Below, piece by piece: positions 14,264 through 24,215 of a stretch of 64,000 bases of DNA. This DNA comes from Solirubrobacterales bacterium (GTDB taxonomy: Bacteria > Actinomycetota > Thermoleophilia > Solirubrobacterales > 70-9), in NCBI GenBank assembly GCA_036519395.1, contig DATDLJ010000072.1, positions 4,893 through 68,892 on the forward strand, written 5' to 3'. Within the stretch, counting starts at the first letter, position 1. Each line of letters starts with the position of its first letter. A program made the translations under genes and the position numbers. The notes below the pieces were generated by a model that did no database searches, was not told the origin of the DNA, and saw nothing but the letters and a program-made list of their open reading frames with translations.

Positions 14264-15244
14264 ATGTGCATGTGCGCCTTCGCATTGATCGCGACCGTGA
14301 CGCTTACGGCCGTACCGGCTCAGGCGAAGGCGGCCCTGCCGGTACTTGAATACGTGGCTCCGGGATCGGCTTTCCCGATCGACTTCACGGCCAGTGGTGG
14401 GCCGGTGACTGCCGAGCTGGCCGGCTTCGACTCGATTGTGAAATGTGCCGATTCCGAGGGCGACGGCGAGATCATCGGACCGCGCTCGACCGTTTCGAAC
14501 TACGTCTTCACGGGCTGCAAGGCGCAGGGTGGCGCTCATGCTGATCAAGAATGCAAGTCCGAGGGGGCAAGTGCGGAAGAAATCACGGCTGAGGCGATCG
14601 AAGCCGACCTCGTTTACATCGATCAGGCAGATCACGAGGTGGGCATGCTTCTCAACCCGGACGGGGGCGTCTACATGACCTTCGAATGCGGGGGCGAATC
14701 TGTCGAAGCAGTTGGCCCCTTCCTTTCTCCCGTCGGTCCGATCAATAAAGAGGCCACGTCCTTTACGGCGACTCTCAGCAAGTCGGGCGCCGAGCAGACC
14801 CCCAACGAATACGAAAACGCGCTCGGCGAAAAACGTCAGGCGATCCCGATGGGCAAAAGGGAGGGCAACCCCTCGTTTGCCACCACCGGAGTGGAACTGA
14901 GCTTCACGATTGAGACGAGCGCGCCGCTTCAGATCAAGGCCATCACCGCGGCGGAAATCGAAGCCAAGCAGCGTGAGGATGAGGCCGCTGCAGCGGCGGC
15001 GGCAAAGAAGCGTCAGGACGAGGAGGCCGCCGTTGCGGCGGCGACGAAGAAGCGACAGGAAGAGGAAGCCGCGGCAGCTGCAGCGGCGAAGAGGCGCCAG
15101 CGGGACGAAGCCAAGTCAGAACAGCTCCGTCGCGCCCTCCTGGCCGGCACGCTCAAGCAGTGCAGGAAGGTCGGTTCAAAGCCCAAGCGCGTGCGCTGCG
15201 AAAAGCGGGCCAAAAAACAGTACGGCAGCGCAAAATCGCGCTGA
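14264..15244 (+). CDS. Secreted hypothetical protein with C-terminal Ala/Lys/Glu-rich repeats
   Basis: Start chosen at MCMCAFALIATVTLTAVPAQA (signal peptide), in frame with ORF 14195..15244. The C-terminus has AAAAAKKRQDEE-type repeats and a basic tail. Confidence 0.6.
   Translation: MCMCAFALIATVTLTAVPAQAKAALPVLEYVAPGSAFPIDFTASGGPVTAELAGFDSIVKCADSEGDGEIIGPRSTVSNYVFTGCKAQGGAHADQECKSEGASAEEITAEAIEADLVYIDQADHEVGMLLNPDGGVYMTFECGGESVEAVGPFLSPVGPINKEATSFTATLSKSGAEQTPNEYENALGEKRQAIPMGKREGNPSFATTGVELSFTIETSAPLQIKAITAAEIEAKQREDEAAAAAAAKKRQDEEAAVAAATKKRQEEEAAAAAAAKRRQRDEAKSEQLRRALLAGTLKQCRKVGSKPKRVRCEKRAKKQYGSAKSR
14966..15112 (+). repeat. In-frame imperfect tandem repeat (about 39-42 nt unit, 3.5 copies)
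   Basis: Encodes KQREDEAAAAAAA / KKRQDEEAAVAAAT / KKRQEEEAAAAAAA / KRRQRDEA. Confidence 0.7.
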
Positions 15245-15248
15245 ATCA

Positions 15249-15322
15249 TCGGGGCGCCCGGATTTGAACCGGGGACCTCACCGACCCGAACGGTGCGCGC
15301 TACCAGGCTGCGCCACGCCCCG
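15249..15322 (-). tRNA. tRNA-Pro: tRNA-Pro (anticodon CGG)
   Basis: Reverse complement: CGGGGCG-TG-GCGC-AGCCTGGTA-GCGC-G-CACCG-TTCGGGT-CGGTG-AGGTC-CCCGG-TTCAAAT-CCGGG-CGCCCCG-A. Cloverleaf folded by hand. 74 nt, CCA not encoded. Confidence 0.9.
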
Positions 15323-15390
15323 AGAGGGGGTAATTATCCCAGAGCCGGGGGAGGGGCGCGGGGCGGTAGTCGGCAGCGCTACTTTGGGCC

Positions 15391-16560
15391 GTGATGCGGT
15401 TCCAACCGATGACGATGGCGCGCAAGCTGATTCCAATCCTCGTTCTGGTGCTGCTGATGATGCTTCCAGCGGCCGCCCAGGCGTACTTGCCGGCGGGCTT
15501 CGTCGGCGTCTCGCCGCAGAGTTCAGGAACCGCGAAGGACTACGAGCTGATGGCGGAAGCGGGGGTCAAGAGCGTTCGCCAGCCGCTGGTCTGGGCTGCG
15601 GTTGAGCCGCGGAATCCCGCCTTCTCCGAACGTGAGTGGGGGTATTTCGATCACGAGGTGCGGCTTGCCGCGCGGGCGGGGATGGAGGTCTTCCCGTTCC
15701 TCGTCAACTCCCCCGAGTGGGTCGCGCCCGAGGGCATTGACCTGCCGGTAGCGAATGCTTGGCAGCGGGAAGCCTGGGCCTCGTTCGTGCGGGCTGTCGT
15801 TCACCGCTACGGCGAAGAAGGCTCCTTCTGGCGTGGGGAAGAGGAGCTGCCGTACGTGCCGATGCGGCGTTTTGAGATTTGGAATGAGGAGAACATCGTC
15901 AGCTTCACCAGCGACCCGGAACCGAAGCGCTTTGCGGTGCTGATGCGGATCGCCGGCCGGGTGATCCACCGCCAGCAGCCGGGGGCGAAGGTGATCCTCG
16001 GCGGGCTTTTCGGCCGACCGCTGCAGATTCCGCCGAACATCGCCTCGGGCGACTTCCTCAACCGCTTCTACCGGGCCGGGAAGGTGAAGCCCTATTTCGA
16101 CGGCGTTGCCCTGCACCCCTACGTCGCCGACGCGCGGGCGATGGGGAAGCAGCTGGAAAACCTGCGGCGGATCATGCGCCGCAACGGCGACGGCGCCACC
16201 CCGCTCTACCTGACCGAGCTCGGTTGGGGATCGGACAGCGGGCCGACGCGCTGGCAGCGCGGCTTCTGGGGCCAGGCCAACCAACTCTCGAAGGCCTTCT
16301 CGATGCTCTCCGCTAACCGCCTGCGCTGGGGCGTGAGGGGGGCCTGGTGGTTCACCTGGTCAGACGAAGGCGGCAGCTGCGTCTTCTGTCGCTCGGCCGG
16401 GCTTCTGAACGCGAAGCGGGAAGCGAAGCCGGCTTGGTACCGCTTCAACGAATGGACTGGCGGCGACGCCGGGACCGTGCCCCGGATCGGCGCCGGTGAC
16501 CTCGACCCAATCGAAGCAGCCGGGTCGCCGCCACGGGGCGAGGAAGTCGCGCCGGAATAG
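15391..16560 (+). CDS. Secreted glycoside hydrolase (TIM-barrel clan GH-A, GH5/GH39/PslG-like)
   Basis: Signal peptide MARKLIPILVLVLLMMLPAAAQA, so the true start may be 15415. FEIWNEEN motif, LTELGW. Confidence 0.65.
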   Translation: MMRFQPMTMARKLIPILVLVLLMMLPAAAQAYLPAGFVGVSPQSSGTAKDYELMAEAGVKSVRQPLVWAAVEPRNPAFSEREWGYFDHEVRLAARAGMEVFPFLVNSPEWVAPEGIDLPVANAWQREAWASFVRAVVHRYGEEGSFWRGEEELPYVPMRRFEIWNEENIVSFTSDPEPKRFAVLMRIAGRVIHRQQPGAKVILGGLFGRPLQIPPNIASGDFLNRFYRAGKVKPYFDGVALHPYVADARAMGKQLENLRRIMRRNGDGATPLYLTELGWGSDSGPTRWQRGFWGQANQLSKAFSMLSANRLRWGVRGAWWFTWSDEGGSCVFCRSAGLLNAKREAKPAWYRFNEWTGGDAGTVPRIGAGDLDPIEAAGSPPRGEEVAPE

Positions 16561-16614
16561 CGGTAGGGACTAGGCTCCGCTCGGACTTCCAAACCGAGAA
16601 AAGGAGCATTCCCG

Positions 16615-17186
<572 letters not shown>

Positions 17187-17214
<28 letters not shown>

Positions 17215-18812
17215 TCAGGCTGATCTGAGGCTGCGGGGATCTCGCTCATGGCGTGCTCGGCGAGTGCGGTGATCGTCAGGCTGGGGTTGACGCCGACGTT
17301 CGCCGGCACCGCCGAGCCGTCGCAGACGAGCAGGTTCTCGTAGCCGAAGACCCGCTGACGGCCGTCGACGACGCCGTCCTCGGGGCTGTGACCGATCACC
17401 GCGCCGCCGAGAATGTGGGCGGTGGTCGGCACGTTCAGCAGCGCCTCGGTGACCGAGCTCTGGGCGACGCCGCCGGTGCGTTTGGCCAGCCATTCCGCCG
17501 CCTCGTTGGCGACCGGGATGAAGGTCGGGTTCGGTTTCTCCGGGTCCTGTTCGGTCTGCAGCCAGACGTTGCCCGAGCGTTTCAGCTTCGGGCGCAGGGC
17601 GATCGCGTTGTCGAGCGTCTGCATCACCAGGAGGATGATCGTGCGCCGCGACCAGCCTTTTGGCCAGAGCAGTTTCGCGAAGCGGCCGGGGTGGCGGAGT
17701 AGTTGTCCGAGCAGCTTCAGTGGCCGGGTGACGCGGGTGCCGTCCCCGACTAGCAGCGTGTAGAGCATGCTCATCGAGTCGCCGTCCTTGCCGTAGCTGA
17801 CGGTCTCGATGTGAGTGTGGGCGTCGGGGTAGATGCTGCCGCTGATCGCCACCCGCCGGGTGAGGTCGTCCGGGTAGTTCTCGGGAACGGTGACGGCGAG
17901 GATCATCTCGCTGTTGGTTCGCACCAGCTCGCCGAGGCGGGAGGAGATGCGTGGCAGGGCGCCGCCGAGGCGGCAGCGCTGCAGCAGCTTGTTGGTGCCG
18001 AGAGCGCCGGCGGCGACGATCACGCCACGGGCGCGGATCGTCTGCTTGCCGCGGCCGGGGAGGACGCCCGAGCGCTCGCTGGCGATCGTGTATCCCTCGC
18101 TGCCGTCGGCGGCGCCGATCGGCCGGATCTCGGTCACGGTGCGGTCGGCGACCACCTTGACCCCGCGCTGTTCGGCCAGCCAGAGGTAGTTCTTGACCAG
18201 GGTGTTCTTGGCGCCGTGCGGGCAGCCGACCATGCAGCGGCCGCAGAAACTGCAGCCGGTCCGGTCGGGTCCCGCGCCGCCGAAGAAGGGGTCGGAGACG
18301 GTCTTGCCGGGCTCGCCGAAGTAGATCCCCACCGGAGTCTTCTGGTAGCTGTCGCCGACCCCGATCGACTCGCCGTACTCGCGCAGGAGGTTGTCGGCCG
18401 GATCGTCGGTCTGGACCTGGTTGACGCCGAGCATCCGCTGCGCCTCGGCGTAGTGGGGGGCGAGCTCGGCCTCCCAGTCGGCGAGGTCGGCCCACTGCGG
18501 GTCCTGGAAGAACTTCGAGGGCGGCACGTACAGCGTGTTGGCGTAGCCGAGGCTGCCGCCGCCGACGCCGCTGCCGCTGACGACCGAGACGTCCTTGAAG
18601 GTGGTGAGGCGGAAGATCCCGCGCAGGCCGATTCGCGGCGCCCAGAAGTAGCGGCGCACGTCCCAGGTCGACTTCGGGAAGTCCTTGTCCTTGAAGCGCT
18701 TGCCGCACTCTAGGACGGCGACCTTGTAGCCCTTTTCGGCCAGGCGCAGGGCCGAAACCGAGCCCCCGAACCCGGAGCCGACAACCACCCAGTCGTAGTC
18801 AAACTGGCTCAT
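17187..18812 (-). CDS. GMC-family FAD oxidoreductase (cholesterol-oxidase/ChoD-like) with an internal CxxCxxCxxxCP motif
   Basis: [26 protein letters not shown] (FAD fold). [20 protein letters not shown]. The 3' end overlaps sodA by 28 nt (convergent). Confidence 0.85.
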
Positions 18813-18836
18813 CAGCCAGTCAAGCCTACTTGGTGC

Positions 18837-19031
18837 TTAAGCCTCGCCGGGCTCGAGCGGGCGGAAGTCCGTCGTGCGGGCACCGCAGACCGGGCAGAAC
18901 CAGTCTTTGGGGATGTCCTCGAAAGCGGTTCCCGGCGGGATTCCGCCGTCGGGATCGCCGATCTCGGGGTCGTAGATGAACCCGCAGCTGTCGCAGATCC
19001 AGAGGGTCGCGTCTTTGGTCTCCGTAGTCAT
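18837..19031 (-). CDS. Rubredoxin
   Basis: [41 protein letters not shown] (two CxxCG knuckles). Confidence 0.92.
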   Translation of the reverse strand: MTTETKDATLWICDSCGFIYDPEIGDPDGGIPPGTAFEDIPKDWFCPVCGARTTDFRPLEPGEA

Positions 19032-19053
19032 AGCTCGAATGTTAGAGACGCGC

Positions 19054-19617
19054 TTATTTGCCGAAACTCACCTGAGGGGCCTCGCGCTCGCTGGCGTCCT
19101 CGATCTCGAAGAACTCGCGTGCGGTGAAGCCGCCCTGGTTGGCGATGATCGAGCCCGGGAACTGTTCGATGTCCGTGTTGTAGGACTGGACGTTGGAGTT
19201 GTAGATCCGGCGCGAGGCCTGGATTTCGTCCTCGAGCTCGGAGAGGTTGCGGCTCAACTGCTGGAAGTTCTCGGTCGCCCGCAGGGTCGGGTAGTTCTCG
19301 GCAACGGCTTTGACGTCGGCCAGCGCCTGGGTCAGCTGCTGCTCGGCTTTGGCCGTTTCCTCGACCCCCTGGGCCTGCATCGCTGCGGCCCGTGCCTGGG
19401 TCGTTTTCTCGAAGGTTTGGCTCTCGTGCTCGGCGTAGCCTTTGACCGTCTCGACCAGGTTGGGAACGAGGTCGTGGCGTCGTTTGAGCTGGACGTCGAT
19501 CCCGCTCCAGGACTCGTCCACCCGGTTGCGCGCGGCGATGATTGAGTTGCGCTTCGCGATGTAGTAGAGGACCGCGATGATGAGGATCGCGACGACGACG
19601 ATGATGACGATGGTCAT
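19054..19617 (-). CDS. LemA family protein
   Basis: N-terminal TM ([17 protein letters not shown]), ...[33 protein letters not shown]... Confidence 0.9.
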   Translation of the reverse strand: MTIVIIVVVAILIIAVLYYIAKRNSIIAARNRVDESWSGIDVQLKRRHDLVPNLVETVKGYAEHESQTFEKTTQARAAAMQAQGVEETAKAEQQLTQALADVKAVAENYPTLRATENFQQLSRNLSELEDEIQASRRIYNSNVQSYNTDIEQFPGSIIANQGGFTAREFFEIEDASEREAPQVSFGK

Positions 19618-19675
19618 GAAGGCTCCTGTGGTCGAACCGGGCTTGAGGGCATCCTAACGCCGTAGGATCGCGGCA

Positions 19676-20365
19676 ATGGGCGCGAAGCAGGAAGCGCAGG
19701 ATTGGGCTGACCTAGTGGGCCGCTACGGCGAGCGCCACGGGCTGACCTACGAGCCGGTCGGCGGGATCAATCCCAAAGACGGGCCGGTGGCCCTCTGCGT
19801 CGGCGGCGTCAACCGGCTAACCGGGCAGTTGAGCGAAGGCTTCTGGGGTTCCTCCTGCGACGCCGACGAAAGGGAGGTGGGCGGCCTCTTCAGCAAGGCG
19901 GTGCTGCCGACGGCGCTCCTCGCCAAGGCCCACATGCCGGATCTGGCGCGGGTGGTGCCCGCCTTCAACGTCGAGTCGATCGAGGGACACGAGGTCGTCA
20001 CCCAGCGCTTCCAGCGCAAGGTCGAGTTTGAGTCGATCGACTTCAACAGGCGCTTCCTCACCACGGTGCCGAGCGAGTACGACCCGGTGGCGCTGCGGGA
20101 GCTGTTCGGGCCCGGGTTCCTCGGCTGGGTGACGACGCTCGGCGGCGAGATCGACTTCGGGGTCAACGATCGCCAGCTCTGGTTCCTCTGGCGGCTGGGC
20201 GAGCGCAGCGAGGCGGAACTGAAAATGGCGCTGAAGAATGCCGGGCAGCTGTTCAAACGGCTGCAGGCGGAGATGGACGAGAGCGGCATCCACACCTATC
20301 CGCCGGGCCCCTGGCACGCGGGCCTGGAGGCCTTCCCCGACGCCCAGGCGCCTCAGGCCGGGTAG
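19676..20365 (+). CDS. Hypothetical protein (DUF3137-like by recollection; such proteins are often next to LemA)
   Basis: ...KVEFESIDFNRRFLTTVPSEYDPVALRELFGPGFLGWV... Divergent from lemA. Confidence 0.5.
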   Translation: MGAKQEAQDWADLVGRYGERHGLTYEPVGGINPKDGPVALCVGGVNRLTGQLSEGFWGSSCDADEREVGGLFSKAVLPTALLAKAHMPDLARVVPAFNVESIEGHEVVTQRFQRKVEFESIDFNRRFLTTVPSEYDPVALRELFGPGFLGWVTTLGGEIDFGVNDRQLWFLWRLGERSEAELKMALKNAGQLFKRLQAEMDESGIHTYPPGPWHAGLEAFPDAQAPQAG

Positions 20366-20997
20366 TCCGGATCGCCCGGGAGGACGACCCGGGGTTCGGC
20401 CCCGACGTCGGCGATCACCTTCGGCAGGATCGGCTCCAACGTCCGCTCGCGGTAGGCGGCCAGCGCCTCGTCGGAGGTGGGGAACTCAGCCAGCCAACGC
20501 AGCTGGGTCTGGGTGGGGAAGGAGAGGAGGATCTCGCCCGCCTCCTGCGCCTCGAGGGCGGCGGCCGGTTCGAACCAGCGGGCCTCGGTGGTCTCGAAGC
20601 CGTCCGGCTGCGGCGGTGTGTGGGCGGGGGCGAGGGCGAGAAAGAACCAGGCATCGAAGCGGGTGGCGATGATCTCGGGCGTGATCCAGCGGCTGAAGGG
20701 GACGAGCTCCTCCTCGGCCGGCAGCTCGATCCCGGCCTCCTCGGCGAGCTCGCGCAGGGCGCAGGCGCGCAGGCCGACTTCCTCGGCGCCGTCGCACTCG
20801 TCCACCGAGCCGCCCGGGAAGACCCAGACGCCGGGCATGAATTTCGCCTCCTCGCTGCGCCGCAGCATCAGCACCTCGAGCGCTCGCTGCGAGTGCTTGC
20901 CGCCGCGCCGCAGGAGGACGACCGAAGCCGCTGGCCGCGGCGTCGAAGGCTCCCCGAAGTTGGGCATCTCCGCCGGTCCCCGTCGCCGCTCCTCCAT
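20353..20997 (-). CDS. NUDIX hydrolase, CoA/acyl-CoA pyrophosphatase-like
   Basis: NUDIX box GGSVDECDGAEEVGLRACALRELAEEAGI, preceded by LRRSEEAKFMPGVWVFPGG (RS-x3-K-x3-G-x3-FPGG). I prefer the ATG at 20997 because the longest-ORF GTG at 21042 lies inside the hairpin element. Confidence 0.8.
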   Translation of the reverse strand: MEERRRGPAEMPNFGEPSTPRPAASVVLLRRGGKHSQRALEVLMLRRSEEAKFMPGVWVFPGGSVDECDGAEEVGLRACALRELAEEAGIELPAEEELVPFSRWITPEIIATRFDAWFFLALAPAHTPPQPDGFETTEARWFEPAAALEAQEAGEILLSFPTQTQLRWLAEFPTSDEALAAYRERTLEPILPKVIADVGAEPRVVLPGDPDYPA

Positions 20998-21018
20998 CGC
21001 CGCAGGGTACTCGCGGCT

Positions 21019-21068
21019 GACGTGTCTGAGTATTTCCCCCACATATGACGGGAAAACTCAGACACGTC
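21019..21068 (-). promoter_or_regulatory. 50-bp hairpin-forming element, copy A (function unknown)
   Basis: GACGTGTCTGAG-TATTTCCCCCACATATGACG-GGAAAACTCAGACAC-GTC. 12-bp perfect outer inverted repeat plus inner stem TTTCCC/GGGAAA. Second copy at 48299..48348. Confidence 0.6.
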
Positions 21069-21071
21069 GGG

Positions 21072-22223
21072 TTAACTGAGGACGCGGCGGCGCTCGCGGC
21101 GGACCCAGGCGCGGTGGGTGAGCCAGGCGAGCAGGGCGATGAGGACGATCGGGCCGAGGATCGCGAGGGCGACGACGGTGACCGCGGCGGCGACGGCGAG
21201 GATCTGGCCGGCATCGTCGAGGGCATCGCCGACGCCCCAGGCGCCACCGCTGTCGGTGGATTCCTCGGCAGCGCCGGTCTCGATCTGGACCAAGACCCGG
21301 GAATAGTCGGCGCGCCGCTGCAGATGCTGGAGCTGGGAGCGTAGGAGTGCGCGGTGGCGCCGCTCCTGCGTCAGCTCGGCTTCGACGGCTTCGCGTTCGG
21401 ATTCGGTTTCCGACGCTTCGAGCTGGCCGAGGAGGCTGTCGATGCGGGCGTTGGAGTCCTGCAGCTGCTCGTTGACGTTGACGGTGGGGGCGGTGATGTC
21501 GGCGGTCGCCTCGTGGCGGGAGCGCACCTCGTCGATCGCCGAGAGATCGGCGAGGGCGTCGCCGAGCTTGGCACTTGGGATCAGCAGCGCAAAGCGCGCT
21601 CCGGCCCGGCCCGGCTCGCCCTCGCGGGTGGAGGAGCGCATCACGATCCCGTCGTGAGCGCGGACGACTTCGAAGATCTCGGCCGAGTCGTCGGCGACGT
21701 CGGCGGGCGCGGCGCCGAGGACGAGCGTGGCGGAGCGTTCGACGGCGCGGTTGCGAACGGGGGCGCTGCCGCGGGTGTAGCCACCGCTGCTGTCGAAGTT
21801 GAGGTTGGCCGCACCGGCGGCGCTGCTTGCTTCGGTTTCCATCCCGTTTGACGGCGCTGCCGCCGATTCTGCCCCCGCCGTCTCCGGCTTGACGGGGACC
21901 GCCTTCCCGAAGGTGAGAGGGGGCTTGGACTCCTGTGCTGCCCCTGGGGACGCCGTGACGCCCAGATCCCGGTTTTCGGTGCCGTTGATGGCGACCACCG
22001 CCGTCACTAAGGCGATCGCCAGCATCGCTACCCCGCCGGCCGGGATCAGCAGCCGCCGCGGAGGGATCGCCCGCAGGCGCTCGAGCGAGAAACGCGGCAG
22101 CCCCGAGCGCCGCGGGAATCCCGCGGCGGCGCGCTCGTCGAGCTCGGCGGCGAACTCGGGGCGCGGCGTTGCCCGCAGCGCCCGCAGGTCCTCGGCCAGT
22201 CGGTCGTCTCTAGGCGTCTCCAT
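21072..22223 (-). CDS. Anti-sigma factor-like membrane protein with DUF4349-type extracytoplasmic domain
   Basis: Overlaps the upstream ECF sigma gene by 14 nt. Has a TM after about 65 aa, coiled-coil-like region and C-terminal TM (ILAVAAAVTVVALAILGPIVLIALLAWL). Confidence 0.7.
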   Translation of the reverse strand: METPRDDRLAEDLRALRATPRPEFAAELDERAAAGFPRRSGLPRFSLERLRAIPPRRLLIPAGGVAMLAIALVTAVVAINGTENRDLGVTASPGAAQESKPPLTFGKAVPVKPETAGAESAAAPSNGMETEASSAAGAANLNFDSSGGYTRGSAPVRNRAVERSATLVLGAAPADVADDSAEIFEVVRAHDGIVMRSSTREGEPGRAGARFALLIPSAKLGDALADLSAIDEVRSRHEATADITAPTVNVNEQLQDSNARIDSLLGQLEASETESEREAVEAELTQERRHRALLRSQLQHLQRRADYSRVLVQIETGAAEESTDSGGAWGVGDALDDAGQILAVAAAVTVVALAILGPIVLIALLAWLTHRAWVRRERRRVLS

Positions 22224-22746
22224 TGCAGGCCTCCCTCAGCTTGGTCATCGCTCGGTGCAGCTTGGTGCCGGCGTTCGACTCACCGATGCCCAGCACCCCG
22301 GCGATCTCACGGTTGTCCAGACCGGCGAAGAACTTGAGCGCGATCAGCTCGCGCTCGCCCGGCTCGAGCCGTTCCAGAGCCGCCGAGACCGCCAGTCGCC
22401 GCTCGCTGTGCACGGCTCCCTCGTCGAGGCCGGCGTTGTCGAGATCGGCTGGCTCCGCCGTCAGCTCGGCCTGGCGGCCGCGGCGGCGCAGCTCGTCGAG
22501 GGCAGCGTTGCGAGCGATCCCGAACAGCCAAGCGCGCGGTTCGCCGCGCTCAGGGTCGAAGCGATGGCGCTTGCGGTAGGCGCGCTCGAAGGCGGTGGCG
22601 GTGACTTCCTCGGCCGCGGGGGTGTCGCGCAGCAGGCTGGCGACGTAGGCGTAGACGTCGTCGCGGCTGGAGCGGTAGAGGCGGTCGAAGGCAAGATCGG
22701 CGGCTCGCGGCGCGTCTTTGGCCTCTGCAATCAACGTCTGCTCCAT
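22210..22746 (-). CDS. ECF-type RNA polymerase sigma-70 factor
   Basis: MEQTLIAEAKDAP...DVYAYVASLLRDTPAAEEVTATAFERAYRKRHRFDP...RELIALKFFAGLDNREIAGVLGIGESNAGTKLHRA. ATG at 22746 preceded by GGGAGG. Confidence 0.88.
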   Translation of the reverse strand: MEQTLIAEAKDAPRAADLAFDRLYRSSRDDVYAYVASLLRDTPAAEEVTATAFERAYRKRHRFDPERGEPRAWLFGIARNAALDELRRRGRQAELTAEPADLDNAGLDEGAVHSERRLAVSAALERLEPGERELIALKFFAGLDNREIAGVLGIGESNAGTKLHRAMTKLREACNGDA

Positions 22747-22795
22747 GTCCCTACTACGGGGGACCTCCCGATCCGTCACAGGACGGAGTATCGGC

Positions 22796-24112
22796 TCAGG
22801 CGGCTTGCGGCAGCTGCGAGAGATCCCCGGGCGCTGAGGCGACCGCCGCGTCGATCGATTCGGCCGCGATTCGGACCAGGGCACGGAGCTCGCCGGGGGC
22901 GATCGAGAGCGGTGGCATCAGCACGATCGTGTTGCCGAGGGGGCGGATGAAAGCACCGCGCTTCCGCGCCTCGACCGTCACCCGATGCCCCATCCGCAGG
23001 GCGGCGTCGTGGTCGCCGAGGTCGATCCCGACCATCACGCCCTTCTGGCGCACCTCGGCCACCTCCGGCATCGCCGCCACCTCGGCCAGTAGCTCTTCGA
23101 AGAGGGCGATCTTCGGCTGCAGCCGCTCCAGCGTTCGCTCTTGCTCGAAAACGTCGAGGTTGGCCAACGCCGCCGCGCAGGCCAGCGGGTTGCCGGTGTA
23201 GGTGTGGCCGTGAAAGAAGGTTTTGAACTCCTCGTAGTTGCCGAGGAAGCCCGCGTAGATCTCCTCCGTGGTCAGCGTCGCCGCCAAGGGTAGGTAGCCG
23301 CCGGTGATGCCCTTTGCCAGGCACATCAGGTCGGGCACCACGCCTTCCTGTTCGCAGGCGAACATCGTCCCGGTGCGGCCGAACCCGGTTGCCACCTCGT
23401 CGCAGATCAAGAGCACTCCGAACTGGTCGCAGAGCTCGCGGGCGGCGCGCAGGTAGCCGGCTGGCTGGATCAGGATCCCGGCTGCGCCTTGGACGAGTGG
23501 CTCGATCACGACGGCCGCGACCTCGTCGCCGTGCGCCTTCAGCACCCGCTCGAGGTCGGCAGCGTCGCCGGGATCGGCGACGTGGGTCTCGAACAGCAGC
23601 GGCCGATAGGTCGAGTGGAAGAGGTCGATGCCGCCGATCGAGACCGAGCCGATCGTGTCGCCGTGGTAGGCCTCGCGCAGGCGTATGAACTTGGTCCGGG
23701 TGGCGTGCTCACCACCGCGCTGCTGTTGGTACTGGAAGGCGATCTTCAGCGCGATCTCGGCCGCAGTCGAGCCCGAGTCCGAGTAGAAGACCCGGGAGAG
23801 CCCCTGCGGCGCGATCTCGACCAGGCGCGCGGCCAGCTCCGTCGCCCCCGGGTGGGTCAGCCCGAGCATCGTCGTGTGGGCGACGCGGTCGAGCTGCTCG
23901 CGGACGGCGCGGTCGATCGCCGGGTGGCGGTGGCCGTGGACGTTGCACCAGAGCGCCGCGGTCCCGTCGAGGTAGCGCTTCCCGTCGGTGTCGTAGAGGT
24001 AGGAGCCCTCGCCACGCTCGATCACCAACGGCGCTTCCTCGCTCCAACCCTGCTGCTGGGTAAAGGGGTGCCAGATGTGTTCGCGGTCTAGCTGCGCGTA
24101 GTCCACGGGCAT
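22796..24112 (-). CDS. bioA: Adenosylmethionine-8-amino-7-oxononanoate aminotransferase
   Basis: ...HIWHPFTQQ...LICDEVATGFGRTGTMFACE...CLAKGITGGYLPLAAT... Confidence 0.92.
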   Translation of the reverse strand: MPVDYAQLDREHIWHPFTQQQGWSEEAPLVIERGEGSYLYDTDGKRYLDGTAALWCNVHGHRHPAIDRAVREQLDRVAHTTMLGLTHPGATELAARLVEIAPQGLSRVFYSDSGSTAAEIALKIAFQYQQQRGGEHATRTKFIRLREAYHGDTIGSVSIGGIDLFHSTYRPLLFETHVADPGDAADLERVLKAHGDEVAAVVIEPLVQGAAGILIQPAGYLRAARELCDQFGVLLICDEVATGFGRTGTMFACEQEGVVPDLMCLAKGITGGYLPLAATLTTEEIYAGFLGNYEEFKTFFHGHTYTGNPLACAAALANLDVFEQERTLERLQPKIALFEELLAEVAAMPEVAEVRQKGVMVGIDLGDHDAALRMGHRVTVEARKRGAFIRPLGNTIVLMPPLSIAPGELRALVRIAAESIDAAVASAPGDLSQLPQAA

Positions 24113-24167
24113 GGGCGGACGTTAGCCCCGGCGGCGGCGGCAGCCAGCGTGATATGGATCACACGAA

Positions 24168-24210
24168 CAACTATTGCTCTTTTGAAATGGTTGCGCGTAT
24201 GCAACTATTG
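24168..24210. promoter_or_regulatory. Direct 9-bp repeats CAACTATTG (24168-24176 and 24202-24210) in the low-GC bioA/marR divergent region; candidate MarR operator or promoter
   Basis: Read directly in the intergenic sequence ...acgaaCAACTATTGctcttttgaaatggttgcgcgtatgCAACTATTGtcgtcATG. Confidence 0.35.
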
Positions 24211-24215
24211 TCGTC

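Noticed and set aside
15245-15390. The tRNA-Pro neighbourhood as an integrated mobile element or genomic island boundary.
   Set aside because: There is no integrase, recombinase or transposase gene anywhere in the window, and I could see no direct repeat of the tRNA 3' end.
21019-21068. The 50-bp hairpin as a Rho-independent terminator of the sigma/anti-sigma operon.
   Set aside because: No U-tract follows the stem on the minus strand. The second copy (48299-48348) is not downstream of any gene end, so a terminator role does not explain both copies.
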